From Adineta vaga (Eukaryota > Animalia > Rotifera), in the NCBI GenBank assembly GCA_021613535.1, contig CP075495.1, positions 15,810,001 through 15,874,000 of the forward strand: a DNA stretch of 64,000 nt. The letters run 5' to 3'. Under the pieces are notes generated by a model that saw only the letters and a program-made list of their open reading frames with translations, searched no databases and was not told where the DNA came from. A program made the position numbers and the translations under genes. This document shows positions 50,610-63,887 of the stretch, in pieces; positions within the stretch are counted from its first letter, which is position 1, and every line of letters starts with the position of its first letter.

Positions 50610-51225
50610 ATGATATCAACGAATTTACGATTTGCATTAAGTAAATTATTTCAATTCTAAGATATAAATTGAGAAATTCATTTTTTTTTCTAGTAACTGG
50701 TGCAACAAGTGGAATTGGTTATCATTTAGCTCGATTATTTGCTCTTGATAAATATGGAATTATTCTTGTTTCACGAACTGAATCTGATTTAAATAAAATA
50801 TCAGAAGAATTTATATTAAAATATCATTGTCCACAAGTTGTTGTTATTCAAAAAGATTTATGAAAATCAAATTCAGCATTAGAATTATATCGAGAAATTA
50901 AAGATAAATATTATTTCAATTGTTGAATTAATAAAATATATTTTATCTGAAATGATTGAAAGAAATGAAGGAAAAATTTTAATGATTGGAAGTATTGCTT
51001 CATTTCAATCAAATCCATTTTTAGCTTCTTATTCAGCTACAAAAGTTTTTATTTCTTATTATACTGATGCACTTCTTCAAGAATAAAAACATGCAAATGT
51101 TAAAGCAACTTTACTTATTCTTGGAATTACAAAAACAGTTAAATTAATGGTTGGAATTGAGACAAATTATTCCAAATGAAATTGTTACGAAAATAACACA
51201 AACATATATGGAAGAAGAGAAATAA
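50610..51225 (+). pseudogene. Short-chain dehydrogenase/reductase pseudogene (bacterial-like, with intron)
   Basis: FALI|TGATSGIG and YSATK. Intron 50641-50693. Premature TGA at 50861, a second stop at about 51084 and internal deletions. Confidence 0.8.
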
Positions 51226-51460
51226 TCTCGTCTATTCCCTGTTGACATAAAGAGATCTATTTTCGCATTAGATGTCACTAGAAATAATTGAATTCAAATA
51301 AAAAACATCGTTTTTATTCAAAAATTATTGATTCATTAAGATTTTGATTCTTTTAAACAAATCAAATTTTCTATTCGAAAACATCGCTTCGAATTATTTA
51401 GAGGTTTTTTATTTGGATTTGCACTGAATAACCTTTTCTTTTCTTTTTTATCTCTCTCTG

Positions 51461-51491
<31 letters not shown>

Positions 51492-51540
51492 CGAATGATA
51501 TTGAGTACAATATCTCTTATTAAAGGTAAATTTTCAAAGA

Positions 51541-52862
51541 ATGAATTTTGCTTCACAAATCGCTGATAAATCAGCTGGACAATTACCAACATCGTAAATT
51601 ATTTTTATAAAATCTATCTTTTAAAAGAATATATATATATATATTTCTATTTTAGAACTCCATCTCAACCAAAATATGATGAAACACGTAAACAACATGC
51701 AATTATTTGGCGTGGTAAACAACATGTTGAATATGTTGAAAAAGCAATGCCAATGATCGCTGATCCTCGTGATATATTATTAAAAATAACAGCAACAACT
51801 GTATGTGGTTCAGATTTACATTTATATAATAATACAATGCTTGATATGCATGATGGTGATATACTTGGTCATGAATTTATGGGAATCATTGAACAAATTG
51901 GTGATCAAGTTAAAAATTTAAAAATTGGACAACGCGTTGTTGTTGCTTTTAATATTGCTTGTGGATTTTGTGATTTTTGTAAACGTGAAGAATATTCTGT
52001 TTGTGATACAACAAATCCATCAAAACTTCAAGGAAACTTTATGGACAAAAAACTGCTGCACTTTTTGGTTATTCACATTTAACAGGTGGTGTACCAGGTG
52101 GTCAAGCTGAATATGTTCGTGTACCATTTGCTGATATAAATTGTTTATCTATTCCAGATGATATACCTGATAATAAAGCACTTTATTTATCTGATATTAT
52201 TCCAACAGCATATCATGGTTTGTCAGATTGGAAATGTTAAAAAAGATTCAACTGTTGCTATTTGGGGTTTAGGACCAATTGGTTTAATTGAAGCACGTTG
52301 GTGTCAAATTATTGGTGCTAAACGTATTATTGGTATTGATTGTGTTCCAGAAAGATTAGATTTAGCAAAAAAATTAGGCATTGAAACAATTAATTTTAAA
52401 GAATTTGATACAACTAAAAAATTACTTGAAATGATTCCTGGTGGTGTTGATTGTTCATTAGAAGCTGCTGGTTTTGATTATGCTAAATCATTACTTCATA
52501 AAGTTGAACGTTTTCTTAATTTAGAAACAGATGCTGGTGATATTTTAACTGAAATGATAACATGTACAAGAAAAGCTGGTACAATATCAATTATTGGTGT
52601 TTATAATAATACTGTTAATCATTTTCCTATTGGACCAATGATGGAAAAACATTTAACTGTTACTGGTGGACAATCTTATACACAAAAACATTGGAAATAT
52701 TGTTTAGATAAAATTCGTTCTGGTGAAATGGATCCAACATTTGTTATTTCACATAATTTAACACTTAATCAAGTTCCAGATTATTATAAACAATTTGATA
52801 ATAAAGATGGTGGTGCATTGAAATGTTTTGTTCGACCTGAAAATTATATTGGAACAAAATAA
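51541..52862 (+). CDS. Zn-dependent alcohol dehydrogenase, formaldehyde-dehydrogenase-like (non-animal type), with two frameshifts (pseudogene or read errors)
   Basis: [33 protein letters not shown] and WGLGPIG. Intron 51594-51655. One base is missing at about 52034 and one extra base is present at about 52220. Confidence 0.85.
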
Positions 52863-55249
52863 ATATTTTCTTTTCCTTTTGTTTATATAATCTCGCGTTT
52901 TATCTACCGAATAAACTTCAACTAGTTTTTTTTTATCAAATATTTTATAGAAATATTTATTACACAAATTTCTAAGATCAATTGAAGGAAACAATACACA
53001 GAGATCAATTCGCAGATGAACACAAGAAAAACAATACGAGCATTAAACAACATTATTTTCAAAAGAAATCTTCTTATTGTTGTTGGAAAAATACATTGAA
53101 TTGAATTTTTGTAAATAAAATTTGATAAGAGATAATAGACGTGAGTTTTCTGATTGTATGATTGATAGATTTGAAGTATCGTTGACATTGAATGAGATTA
53201 ACTAAATAGAAAAATATATTTTCAAGTAATGAAATTAATAAATATTTCTTCTTTTGAATTACAGAAAAAACAAAGAATCAAATATTATTTTCATTTCTCG
53301 CATCAATATTCAAATAAACATCGAACAATAAGTTTTCTATTTACAGATCACTTGTGATTAAAAAGTAATTATAATGTATTCAAGATAAAAATATTTAAAC
53401 ATTTCATAATAAGAGATAACAAATCCAAGTTTGAAAGAAAATTATTTTCATATAAATAATAATTGATAAATTTTAGATTTTATTGATACAATATTTACTT
53501 ATCGAAACGTATATTGAGTATTGAACAAGACGAATCAATATCCATACAATTTTAATTAATATAATAATTAGTAAAATATAACCAAATATCTGTACAGAAT
53601 AATTTGTTGAATCCTATAAATAATTTAAAATTTAGACTATTTTATTTAACAGATATCGAATACATACGTTAAGATCAATGATTGATTTCAAAAAGATAAG
53701 CATATAAAAGCATAAAATATAATATCCAACTAGGAATAACGATTACTGAACGATAAAACAAATCATTGTAGATTTGTTTGATGAGATTCAGATGATAAAT
53801 TCATTGAAATATCTTTATTATTGATCTAAACTCACGAAAGACAATATTGTATGATCATACATAATATCATATTCATTTTTCATAAGTTAATTCTATAAAG
53901 AAAAAGAGAAATAAACGAAATGAATTTGTATCAATGTATCTTTCAAATATATAGTTCATCATATAGAAAAAAGACATTCATTTTGTTCCAATAAACAAAT
54001 AGCAAGAAAACATCAATTGGCAGATAAGTATACCATTGTGTCTGTTCAAAAGTTCATTAAATATAGATGTCACAGAAGATGAAATATATGATGTCAATAG
54101 GATGCTTATGTGCAAAGCAATTTTGTTATTAATCTCATAGTATTATAGTTATTGTTAGAAGATTCGAATAAAGATAATTAATTCAATTCTAACCAGCAAG
54201 ATAAACTATTGAAATTCGTACGATATATTTATTATATAAATACCTTTACATGTGAATGATAATCATATAGCCATTGTACCGTTCGGTATAGGACAGAAAA
54301 ATAATTCGAAGTGGAGTTTTATTTAACCAATTTCGATAATTTTTTTCTTCCATTTTATTAGTCTAGTGCATGGTAACCGTTTTAGTTTCAGAGAAATTAT
54401 ATGAAGAATATTAAACACTTAATTTTCCAACATTATTTGTCAGAAGGAAGTCAATTTTTACAGTGCATTGTGTTTTTTTTTCAATTATTTTTACAGTTAG
54501 ATTTGTAGAAGTTTTCATGAGCTTTCAAAATATGTCATTTATTTTTCTTCTAGATCATATTTTATCAATGAAATACTATTAATAATAGACGTTAAGACAT
54601 TTTATCATTATGTGTTGAGCGACAATAAAATAAGATATTGTTTTAATGATTTCTTTTTATTAATTTATCTTTGAAAAAACTAATCGTTGTTGATCACGAA
54701 ATGTTTTTCTTTAATAATTTGTTATTTATACAAATAAAATCATTAATCAATATAAATTATTCTTTCTTTTTTGATTACATATTTCAGATTTAATCTTGAT
54801 ATTTTATTTATAAATTAATCAATAATAATAATAATAATAATGATGTCAATAACAAAGAGAAAAATCTCTTTTGATATTTTGATAAAAGAAAAGAGATAAT
54901 TATCTTTTATATATTGTCAATTGACAACTATTATTCTTTTCATATATGATAAATAAAAATAAAATATATTTAGTAAGAACTAATGAATTGTCTAAAGAAA
55001 TTCTTGATTTCATATTCTATAATATGACATATGATAAAAATTTAATAGAAAATATCTCAAACTAAATATTGACGAATAAATTTTTAATTAATTGATTTTA
55101 TCAAAAAAATAATTTTATTTGATGAATTGTTTTTATTAATAAATAAAATAAATCATTTCGGTATTTATCAAATTTATTTTGAAAGAAAAGCAAAGTTTTA
55201 TGATCAAAATAAATCTTGTTTTTTTATCGAAAGAATTTTTTTTCTCGAA

Positions 55250-56312
55250 TTATTTCCCACCTGTTGTTCCCATACCCATAATAGTTTTAAATGTATCATA
55301 AATCCACCATTGAAAACCAGTTAATGTTCCAATCATTAAAATTCGTGTCGGAAGACCTTTTCGACATAAATTAAAATAACCAAATTGTTTTGCAATATCT
55401 CTAATTGATTTATTTCTATATTCTGGTTTAGCCATTAATGAAACAAGTGAATCAGCTGGATGAGAAACAATAGCACAGATTATACCAGCAATATAACCTG
55501 ATGCAAATGTTATTCCTAATTGTGTACTTTTAGAATAATTGGATTTTGGTAATGGAAATAAATTTGTATAGAAATATTGAACGACCTTTAAAGAAAACAA
55601 ATATGATTATTTTAATATTTGAATAAATCGAAAATGAATACCTTTTCAAATGTATAGAATTTAGCAACAGTATAAGGAATTTGTCTTGACCATAAAGGAA
55701 CAATTGATCCATATGGAAATTTTGTGAAATTTTTATGTGTATTCATTTCAATAATTGCTGGTGTTAATGATGTTGGAAATGTTCCTGGTACACTTGTTTG
55801 AATTTTAACTTTAACCATTTCCATTGGACAAAGTGCAATATCAGCAAGAAATTCAGCTGATGCTGCTCCTGCACACCAAATCCATCCTTTATATTGTTGA
55901 GAATAATGTTCTCCAATTAAATTTGAATAGAAATCTTTGAAAACTTCATAAAGACCATATTTTAATGCTCCTTGTGGAATATAACCTAAAAGTGTTGGTG
56001 CCCATCCTTTCCAAACAGCTCGAAAACTTTCTTCAGTTGTGATTTTCTTTAATCCACTTATTAAATTTGTATATTTTTTTGGATTTACCTAAGAAGAAGA
56101 AGAAAAAGAAAACAAGAAATAAATCTTAAATAAAAATAAAGAAATAAATCAAAGACCTGCATATTACATTTTGTTACATCTAAAGGTGTTATACCAAGAT
56201 GAGTTAAACCACAAGCAAGTGCTCCACCAATAAAACATTTTCCATAATAAATATTATCATGTGGAATAACACCAATTGTTCGAGCATTCCAATTAGAATT
56301 AGAATTTGCCAT
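55250..56312 (-). CDS. Mitochondrial phosphate carrier (SLC25A3/Pic2 family), non-animal type
   Basis: Three exons. PLDVTK, PMEMVK, HPADSL, WSRQIPYT and RILMIGTLTGFQWWIYD. Confidence 0.93.
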
Positions 56313-57086
56313 TTTGTTTTAATCTTCACTAATTGAAGAAAAAGAAAGTTTAAAAGTACATTTATTCAAAAGATTTTTTCTTCATTTCATCTAACATCAG
56401 ATTAATCACATGTGATATGTCTGAAGAAGACAGAAGGGTTACATGTCCCCATTTTATTCTCTGTACTTCTAATTATGGTGGTGGTGCACTTGAACCGTAT
56501 ATGTCGTCTCTTTTTCTTCTTAGAGGACAGGAAAGAAAAAGAAAAAGAAGGAAAAAGAGGACTAACTAACGTGATATTATTTGTTCAATGATTCATCCAT
56601 TTGATTTTCCCTGACATCGTTCGATGTTTTCAAGAAGAACGAAAAAAAAGGGTAGGCAAAGAATGCTTCCAGTGACGTTTATTATTCCTCGTCTGAATCG
56701 TGTTTTTTTAGTATTTTATCTTTTCTCTGTACTTTGATCTTTTGATAAATATACAGAAGAAATAGAAAAACATATCCAGACAAAAGTACAAGAAAAATAA
56801 GATTGATTATTATCAAATGAATTTCTATAAAAGATAAAAAGAAAAACGATTAATCATAAAATAATCCAAGATAAACTATATTAGTCCATCCAAAACCATC
56901 TTGTAAAGGATAATTTCCTCCCTCACCACCTTCATTTTCTTCAATTTTTCTTTTTTCTTTTTAAATAAAATGAAAAGCAGATGAGATTAGTTCTAATGAA
57001 CATCGTATGAAAATGTAACACTCAAATTTTAATCCCATCTTTTTACATTTATATTGTTATGATGATGAATAAATAACTACGATAGA

Positions 57087-60000
57087 ATGATTATCAATAC
57101 TCGATTGAAAGATTTATCAAATGAAATCTTTTTCGAAATTTTTGATCATTTACATATGCTATTGACATCTTTTATGCATTCGCTTCTTTGAATTCTCGTA
57201 TTTCATTGATTATATAAAATCAATTCGTCTTCATGTAATTATTCCTTACCATTATTATCGTCGTCAAATTGAATTTTTATCTGATCATTTGAAATTTCAT
57301 TCTAATCAAGTTATTTCATTAAATATTCATGATCAAATTCGTAATTAAATAAATGTTATTACATTTCTTTTTAATCAACATCAATTTCTCAATGTTTATT
57401 CTTGTTTATTTTTTTCAATGACTTCATCATCGAATTCAAATGTTGTTTTCGTATTATTCAATCAGATTATGCTGAAGACAACAAACTTAATAAATGTGAT
57501 GCTGACAAGTTAAGTCAACTAATATTGATCAATCCATCATTGACACTCCGTTCAGCTGATCTTTTCCTTTTCATCACGATCATTTTTCAATATCAAAAGA
57601 ATTTATTTATAGAACAAATCTTGTACATTTCAAATTGATCTTTTATGGATGATTGAATGTTATATCTATATATTCTCTTATTCTTATACTTCGTAGACAT
57701 AGTTTATTGAGATATCTTCATGTGATAATCAAAACAACAGAATCACCATTGGCCAAAGACATTAAGTAAATTTAGTTTGATATTTCTTGAGTATTTTTAT
57801 TGATCCATTTGTGCTTCTTTTAAGTATACCAAGTCTTCCAATGATTCAACTTTAAAAATATTTGATTTAGAAATATTAATGTCTCGTTGTGATATTCATT
57901 CACTTGATCTTATTTTACGTTGTATACCTAATATTCATCAATTTATTTTTACACTTAAAGTTGATCATAATATTTCTTCATTTATGATGAATCTAATTAA
58001 TGAAAACAATTGGCAAGAGATGCTGATGACTCGTGTATCTTATTTAAAGAAATTCGATTTTCATATATCATTTATAACAAATGGAGATGGAAGAGATTTA
58101 AATGAAATTCTTAATTCATTTAAATTTTGTATTAAACTATATGATCAATGGCAAATGGGAATTAATCGATGGAACATCGGTCCAAATCGTCACAGTATGT
58201 TACAAAAATTCATATTTTGAAGAAGAACTGAAAAGAGAAATATTTTCCAGTTTTGACATATGAAACACATTTTTCTGTATTTCGAGACGTGATCTTTCTG
58301 ATGGGAAAACTTATAATTTCGTAAATCTCAGGAAGCAAACACCAGTGTTAACTGTTGAAATAAGAAGTTCAGAAAAATCTTTATAATGTAAATTACGAAT
58401 TGTTCAAGACTGATGACTATACTCACAAAGAGAATTCATTTCAGTTTTTTCTCGTGTTCTGACCACTTCGCTTCGTCTCTAGAAGATTTGACAGTATTCC
58501 AGAAGATCTTGGAAGGTTTCTAGAAGCTTCCCAACTACTATGGAATGTTCCAGAACACTACAGACTATAGATAGTTTCAAATTGTTTTCAAGAAATTTTA
58601 GAACGTTTGAAAAAATACATAATGTTTTAGCAATATTCCTAAAGTTGATTTGATCTTTAATATGAAATAAAAAAATAGGTAGAAAAGGATGCAAATGCTG
58701 GAATATCATAGATATATAAATAGAGAAATTCAATGTTGATATTAACAAAAGCTCTGTTTTATTTTAATTCTAATCATTTTAGTGGCACATATCAATTTAC
58801 GTACACTTAATTATAATCAATTGACAACACACCGTGAGGAGTATTTGCGAACAGGAATAATTTATGATTCATTTGATATGCAATCAACAAATGTATCAAA
58901 TCTCAATGATTACTATTTTCATTCTAATCAACATAAAATAGGTATTTTGGCGGAAAAGAAGACGATAAGACCAGTTCAACATGTTAAGTATTTGGTATTT
59001 TATGTATCATCTCCAAAAGCGGCCATTTTATCATGGCTAGAAAACATCTGCACATGGGTCAAACAAAGTAAATTAACTTTATCATTTTGTTTGTTTTATT
59101 CAATCATTTAAATTATTGAATCTATTCCAAACGTATACTTTTGTTCTTATTTAGCTTTCTTACCATTTTACAAAGATAAAGATCCACAAGAATATCTTAA
59201 TCATATTTTACATCTTATTGATTTCTCAAATGTCACGACTTTGAAGATACCAGAATATAAAGATTTATCACGAATGGATATTGTTAAACGTATATTATTG
59301 TAAGTTATATTAAATTAATTAAACTGTCATATAAATTTTTCTAAGAAAAAATATTTCTGACATCTGAAAATTGAAAACATAGATATTATAGATAATAGAT
59401 GATTATTATTTGTATGATCTTCAAATAAGATCGAATAAACCTAGACAGATTGTATTATTACATATGTTAAATAGATTCAAATAAAGATATATAAAAATGA
59501 AGACAAAATATATCTCATATGATTATCTTTACGATCTAATGTATTGTTTATTTTATTTATCAATTTATGATGATTAAACGATTCTAACTATAAACAAAAC
59601 AGTTATAACAAAACAATTGAAAGAATCGATTAGTACTTTTCTCTTTTTCAAATATCAATTATTACAATAATTATGTATAACTTCACAAATAAATATTTTT
59701 TCAATGAAGTTTAACCTAAATATTAAGAGATATATACTTTCGAATTTTGTTCCATCTTCCTAAAAATATATGTTAATATTTTCTAATAACCAGAAAGGTG
59801 AGTCATATGAATAATTCCATATCGTTGTCATAGAATTGTTTATATATATTCTTTGTACAAAATTAAAAATTTGAACTTTCCGTCATACTCCACACCCACA
59901 GTCTACAAAACATTTACTTGTCTTTTTTTGTAGAATGTGTTCTAATATGAAAATACTTCTTATCAGCAGTTCATTCCTGTTCTCATCTAATATATTCTTT

Positions 60001-60360
60001 AATCCAGAACTTACTCAAACTTTTAAACGGCTCAATGTTCTACAAATAAAGGGATGCAGTTATTATTTTCCTTTGAAATATGCATCGCAACTAGTTCAAT
60101 CTTTTCCATCTTTGAATACCATCGACATAAAAGTTTATTCAATTGATCATACAATGTCATTAGTCGATATCTTATTAAATGGTCTTAATAAATTAGAACA
60201 TATCCTAATACGTATTAAGTGCAATTCTCTACTTGATGAACAAGATCTTCACATGTATGTTATTGAAAAGCGACGTCAATCACTTTATTTGAATAAACAC
60301 AATGAATCTAAAATAGCTGTTAAAATTAAAAATCATATATTACATATCTGGCTTTCATAA
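57087..60360 (+). pseudogene. Bdelloid-type F-box/LRR-like gene, disrupted
   Basis: N-terminal LKDLSNEIFFEIFDHL...FYAFASLNSR, several frameshifts and stops in exon 1, and later LRR-like exons ending LHIWLS*. Confidence 0.7.
58261..58747. mobile_element. Possible solo LTR within an intron
   Basis: TG...CA bounded segment with degenerate (T)CTAGAA/CCAGAA repeats at 58478-58610. No TSD found. Confidence 0.3.
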
Positions 60361-61827
60361 TACTTCTTTATACACTTCTTAACAAAAAATCAATACAGTT
60401 ACAAAAACTATACAAATATTTATTGACATTAACTACTCGCCTTTAATTAGATGAGAATTGAGATGTATATTTTTATCTACACTCTATATTATAGCTAGGA
60501 TTTAAAAAGCATAGACAAAGTCGTATTTTAATTTTATAAGTCGAATTGCTATATTACCATGTCGAACAGGTATCAATTAGGATAAAATCCTTATAATAGC
60601 ACTCTGTTTGTTATTCATCGAAGAATCATTGAAAAAATCAATACTAAATCATGATAGATAAACTCAGCGAGTGTTTGATTTTGAAATAACATTATGAATG
60701 AAACTTGAATTGATCTTTATACTCTCTAAAACGACGGAATAAATAATGATTACATATTCGTTAAGCTTTTTAGTTTTTTTCTGTGCATAATTTAGTATAT
60801 CAATGGTTATTATTTATTGACAATAATAAATAGATAATGATCAAATAAAAGAAAAATATAATCAATATTATTGGAATATTCGTTCCTCTTCAATGAAAAG
60901 AAAGTGCATTTACATTGAAAAGATTTGAGTAGAATATAGAAAACTTAAATATGCACTCAGAACTTAATGACAATAGTTGATAAATACATGGATATGTAAA
61001 GAGAAAGGAAAATATCGTCTAATAAAGAATTTTAAAAAGTAAAATATGAATGTAAACATTATTAATTATGAAATAATTATCATTAATCTAGGTATCGCAC
61101 CTATGTTTATACAATTTAGTAAAGAACAAGATGCATTTTGTGTTTTAATAAATTATCAAATATCATGAATTGATTTAGAAATAAAAGAAAATCATATTGA
61201 ATTTGTTTATCAACATAAAAGAAATTTTCTTAAAGCTTCAACGCATGATAATGATGAAGGTAAAATAAAAAATTGAAGAAATTGACGAAGATATGGATAT
61301 CGTAGCTATCAATTATACAATCTTTGTTCAATATTATATTTACAGAATAAGAATTAATTAATTGTTTTAAATGAAGGTGTTATTTAATATTATCCATAAG
61401 CCACAATGAGCCATGAGAGATTCTTTTTTTCCCTCGATAACACATATATATATACATGTATATCGTGCACGTTTTTCCTCTTGTAGATGTTTCTTTCTTC
61501 GAAATGAATCCACGCATGTCTTTCAATAATAGAGAGGAAAATTTTACCCGAGATCTTTATTTTTTATTATTATTAAAAACTTCAATTTGAATCAATAATT
61601 CATATATGTGAATTTAAATAAAAATTTCTTTTTTAGATTAAAATGAATATGATAATGATGAATCTTCTCTTCTGCAAAATGAACATGAATATGTATACGC
61701 TCAACGAAATACGGTAATACAATATATTTCAATGCTCGTATAATAAATGTATTAATTGTTTTTCAGGTATTTACATAATTTATGAAATTTTTCGTTCAAG
61801 TCTTGACAATAACTGGCTATACTCATA

Positions 61828-61986
61828 GCGAGAAGTATGGGCCCGATCCGGTAGTGGGATTCATTGAGTTTTCTTCCGAACCGAGCAAAACTGGTCACGG
61901 GATCCGTTCAAAGAATTCCTGCCACCATTGTCCTGTGGGAACCGCTGTTTTTTTCTACAGGTTCCTGCCGGAATCATTGTCTTGGG
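61828..61986. mobile_element. CCCAGG-family copy C (reversed, truncated) interrupting an exon-like sequence
   Basis: It ends GGAATCATTGTCTTGGG, which resembles the reverse complement of the copy A start CCCAGGACGATGGTTCC. Confidence 0.6.
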
Positions 61987-62933
61987 TATTTTCTTATTCG
62001 TCCAGTACTTGTCCTTGCTGGTGTTGTTCTTATAATTTTATTTATAAGAACATACATTAGTTTCGTACCATGACTTGTTAACGTTTCTTATTTATTTCGA
62101 CTTTTTATCAATATATTTTTTTCTCTCTTTTTAGGAAGACATTTATTTCCGCTAAGAAACATGTCGGATATAAAGAACAAAACCGATGAGTTTTAGATTA
62201 GTTGTTTTCATATCGAGCACAAAAAATACAAGAGAGAACAAAAGTAATATTGGTTCGTATTGAAAAGAAATTTTATTTGAGAGAATAAAATCTTTATAAA
62301 TAATAATATCTATTCATAACAATTATATCTGATAATAATCTATCGATTGAATTCTCAGACGAGTTGAAATCAAATTAGAGTTTCGTTCATACGAATTTAG
62401 AATTAGTATCAGGAAATGTTTATTGAATGAAAATAGCAGCACAATTTCAGTTGATGGTGAACTGTTATTAGACGCGAATTCATATAAGATTAGTTTCATA
62501 ATATAGGTTATGATTATTTTAACCGATTTCAATCTATTATTATCTTTCTAATTTGATCTTATTTCTTTATCAAAACATACACCTATCTGAAACATTGAGT
62601 TCGATTTCCATAAGAATATGTGATCACCATAAGATAATTATATAGTTATCTTCTATAAGAATTAATCGAAACTTCTTTCATTTAATGACAATCAACATCA
62701 ATTATATTAATCAGTTCAGAATATATATTACAAAATCCAAATAATAAATTATGTTTGAAATGAAATATTTTTGTTCTTTTAGTAGAAAGATTATTTTCAC
62801 TTGTACTCAACAACATTGGTATAAATTTGTTTTCAAATAGTCTATCGAGAAGAATTGCTCTTCTATCAAATAAATCATATAGATTTGTATTCTTTTTGTT
62901 ATAAATATTCATTTAATTCTTAACTAAATCCAT

Positions 62934-63887
62934 ATGGGAATAGGATTCGACACGATTAATATATCTCGACCTGATATGATTTGTCCACTTGAATTCAAGG
63001 ACTTCAAACAAGCTGGTCTAGTTTATATTGTTATACATAAGCCACAAGAAGAAGAAGACAACACATGTGAAATCGAAAAATAAAGACACTTTTCTCTGGC
63101 CATCGGATCTCACGAGATCTGGCTGAAAAGATGGGGGAAAATCGCCGGAAATCTTTGGGACATGAAATCAGTATTCCGACCGAAAACTGTCCCCATTTTT
63201 CCCCGTGGATTTCTGGCAACTTCCTGTGGTTTTCGACAGGAATTAACTAGAAAAATTTCCAGCCAGAATACTGCTTCTATGAAATTCTGGGTGGATGTGA
63301 GTAACAACGGTCTCTTGTATTCACACCCATACCCACACCCTCAAAAATTATTTGATCGATTAGTTGAGCGGCTTATATCAGAAGATTTTCCAGAAGCAAC
63401 GATTGCTCCATTGAATGAATCAGTTGTCACAGATTATGTCGGACAGGTTTTGGCAACGATGATTGCTTATATTAGCAGTACGACGGAACATCGTGTTTTA
63501 AAATTAAGACGAGAGAAGCAAATCATCAGCAAGGATGAAGAATTTGGTGGAAATATGGAATTCATGGTAAATCAACTGATTAATGTTAACAACATTCGTT
63601 ATGTTATTGGCGTTGTAATAAAAAGTGATTCATTTGGAAAAGGACTCACTCAACTATTATTGGCAATGAAATCAATGTGGGAAGTGAATAAAGATCAAAA
63701 GATGGTGTATGGATTTGTAACAACAGCAATTCAGTGGCAATTAGTGACATTTGATGGTCAAACATGGAAATTATCACGACTATCTATTGTTTTATTCGGG
63801 AATATGGAGAAATACGAAACTGAATGGTTAAAAAAGAATACACAAATATTAGATGTCATTTACAGTATCTTGTCATTATTTTATTGA
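62934..63887 (+). pseudogene. PD-(D/E)xK restriction-endonuclease-fold (Crinkler REase-like) gene interrupted by a 325-bp insertion
   Basis: GLTQLLLAM..M...N...VYGFVTT...WQLVTFDG. Removing 63015-63339 plus one CT joins MGIGF...FKQA to QKLFDRL in frame. Confidence 0.65.
63095..63291. mobile_element. CCCAGG-family copy D within the REase insertion
   Basis: Shares GAATACTGCTTC(C/T)ATGAAAT with copy A and ends in CTGGG. Confidence 0.6.

Noticed and set aside
60880-61320. Coding-like degraded segment (also about 53480-54110 and 48530-48880)
   Set aside because: Many stops and no recognisable family, so I cannot support a call.
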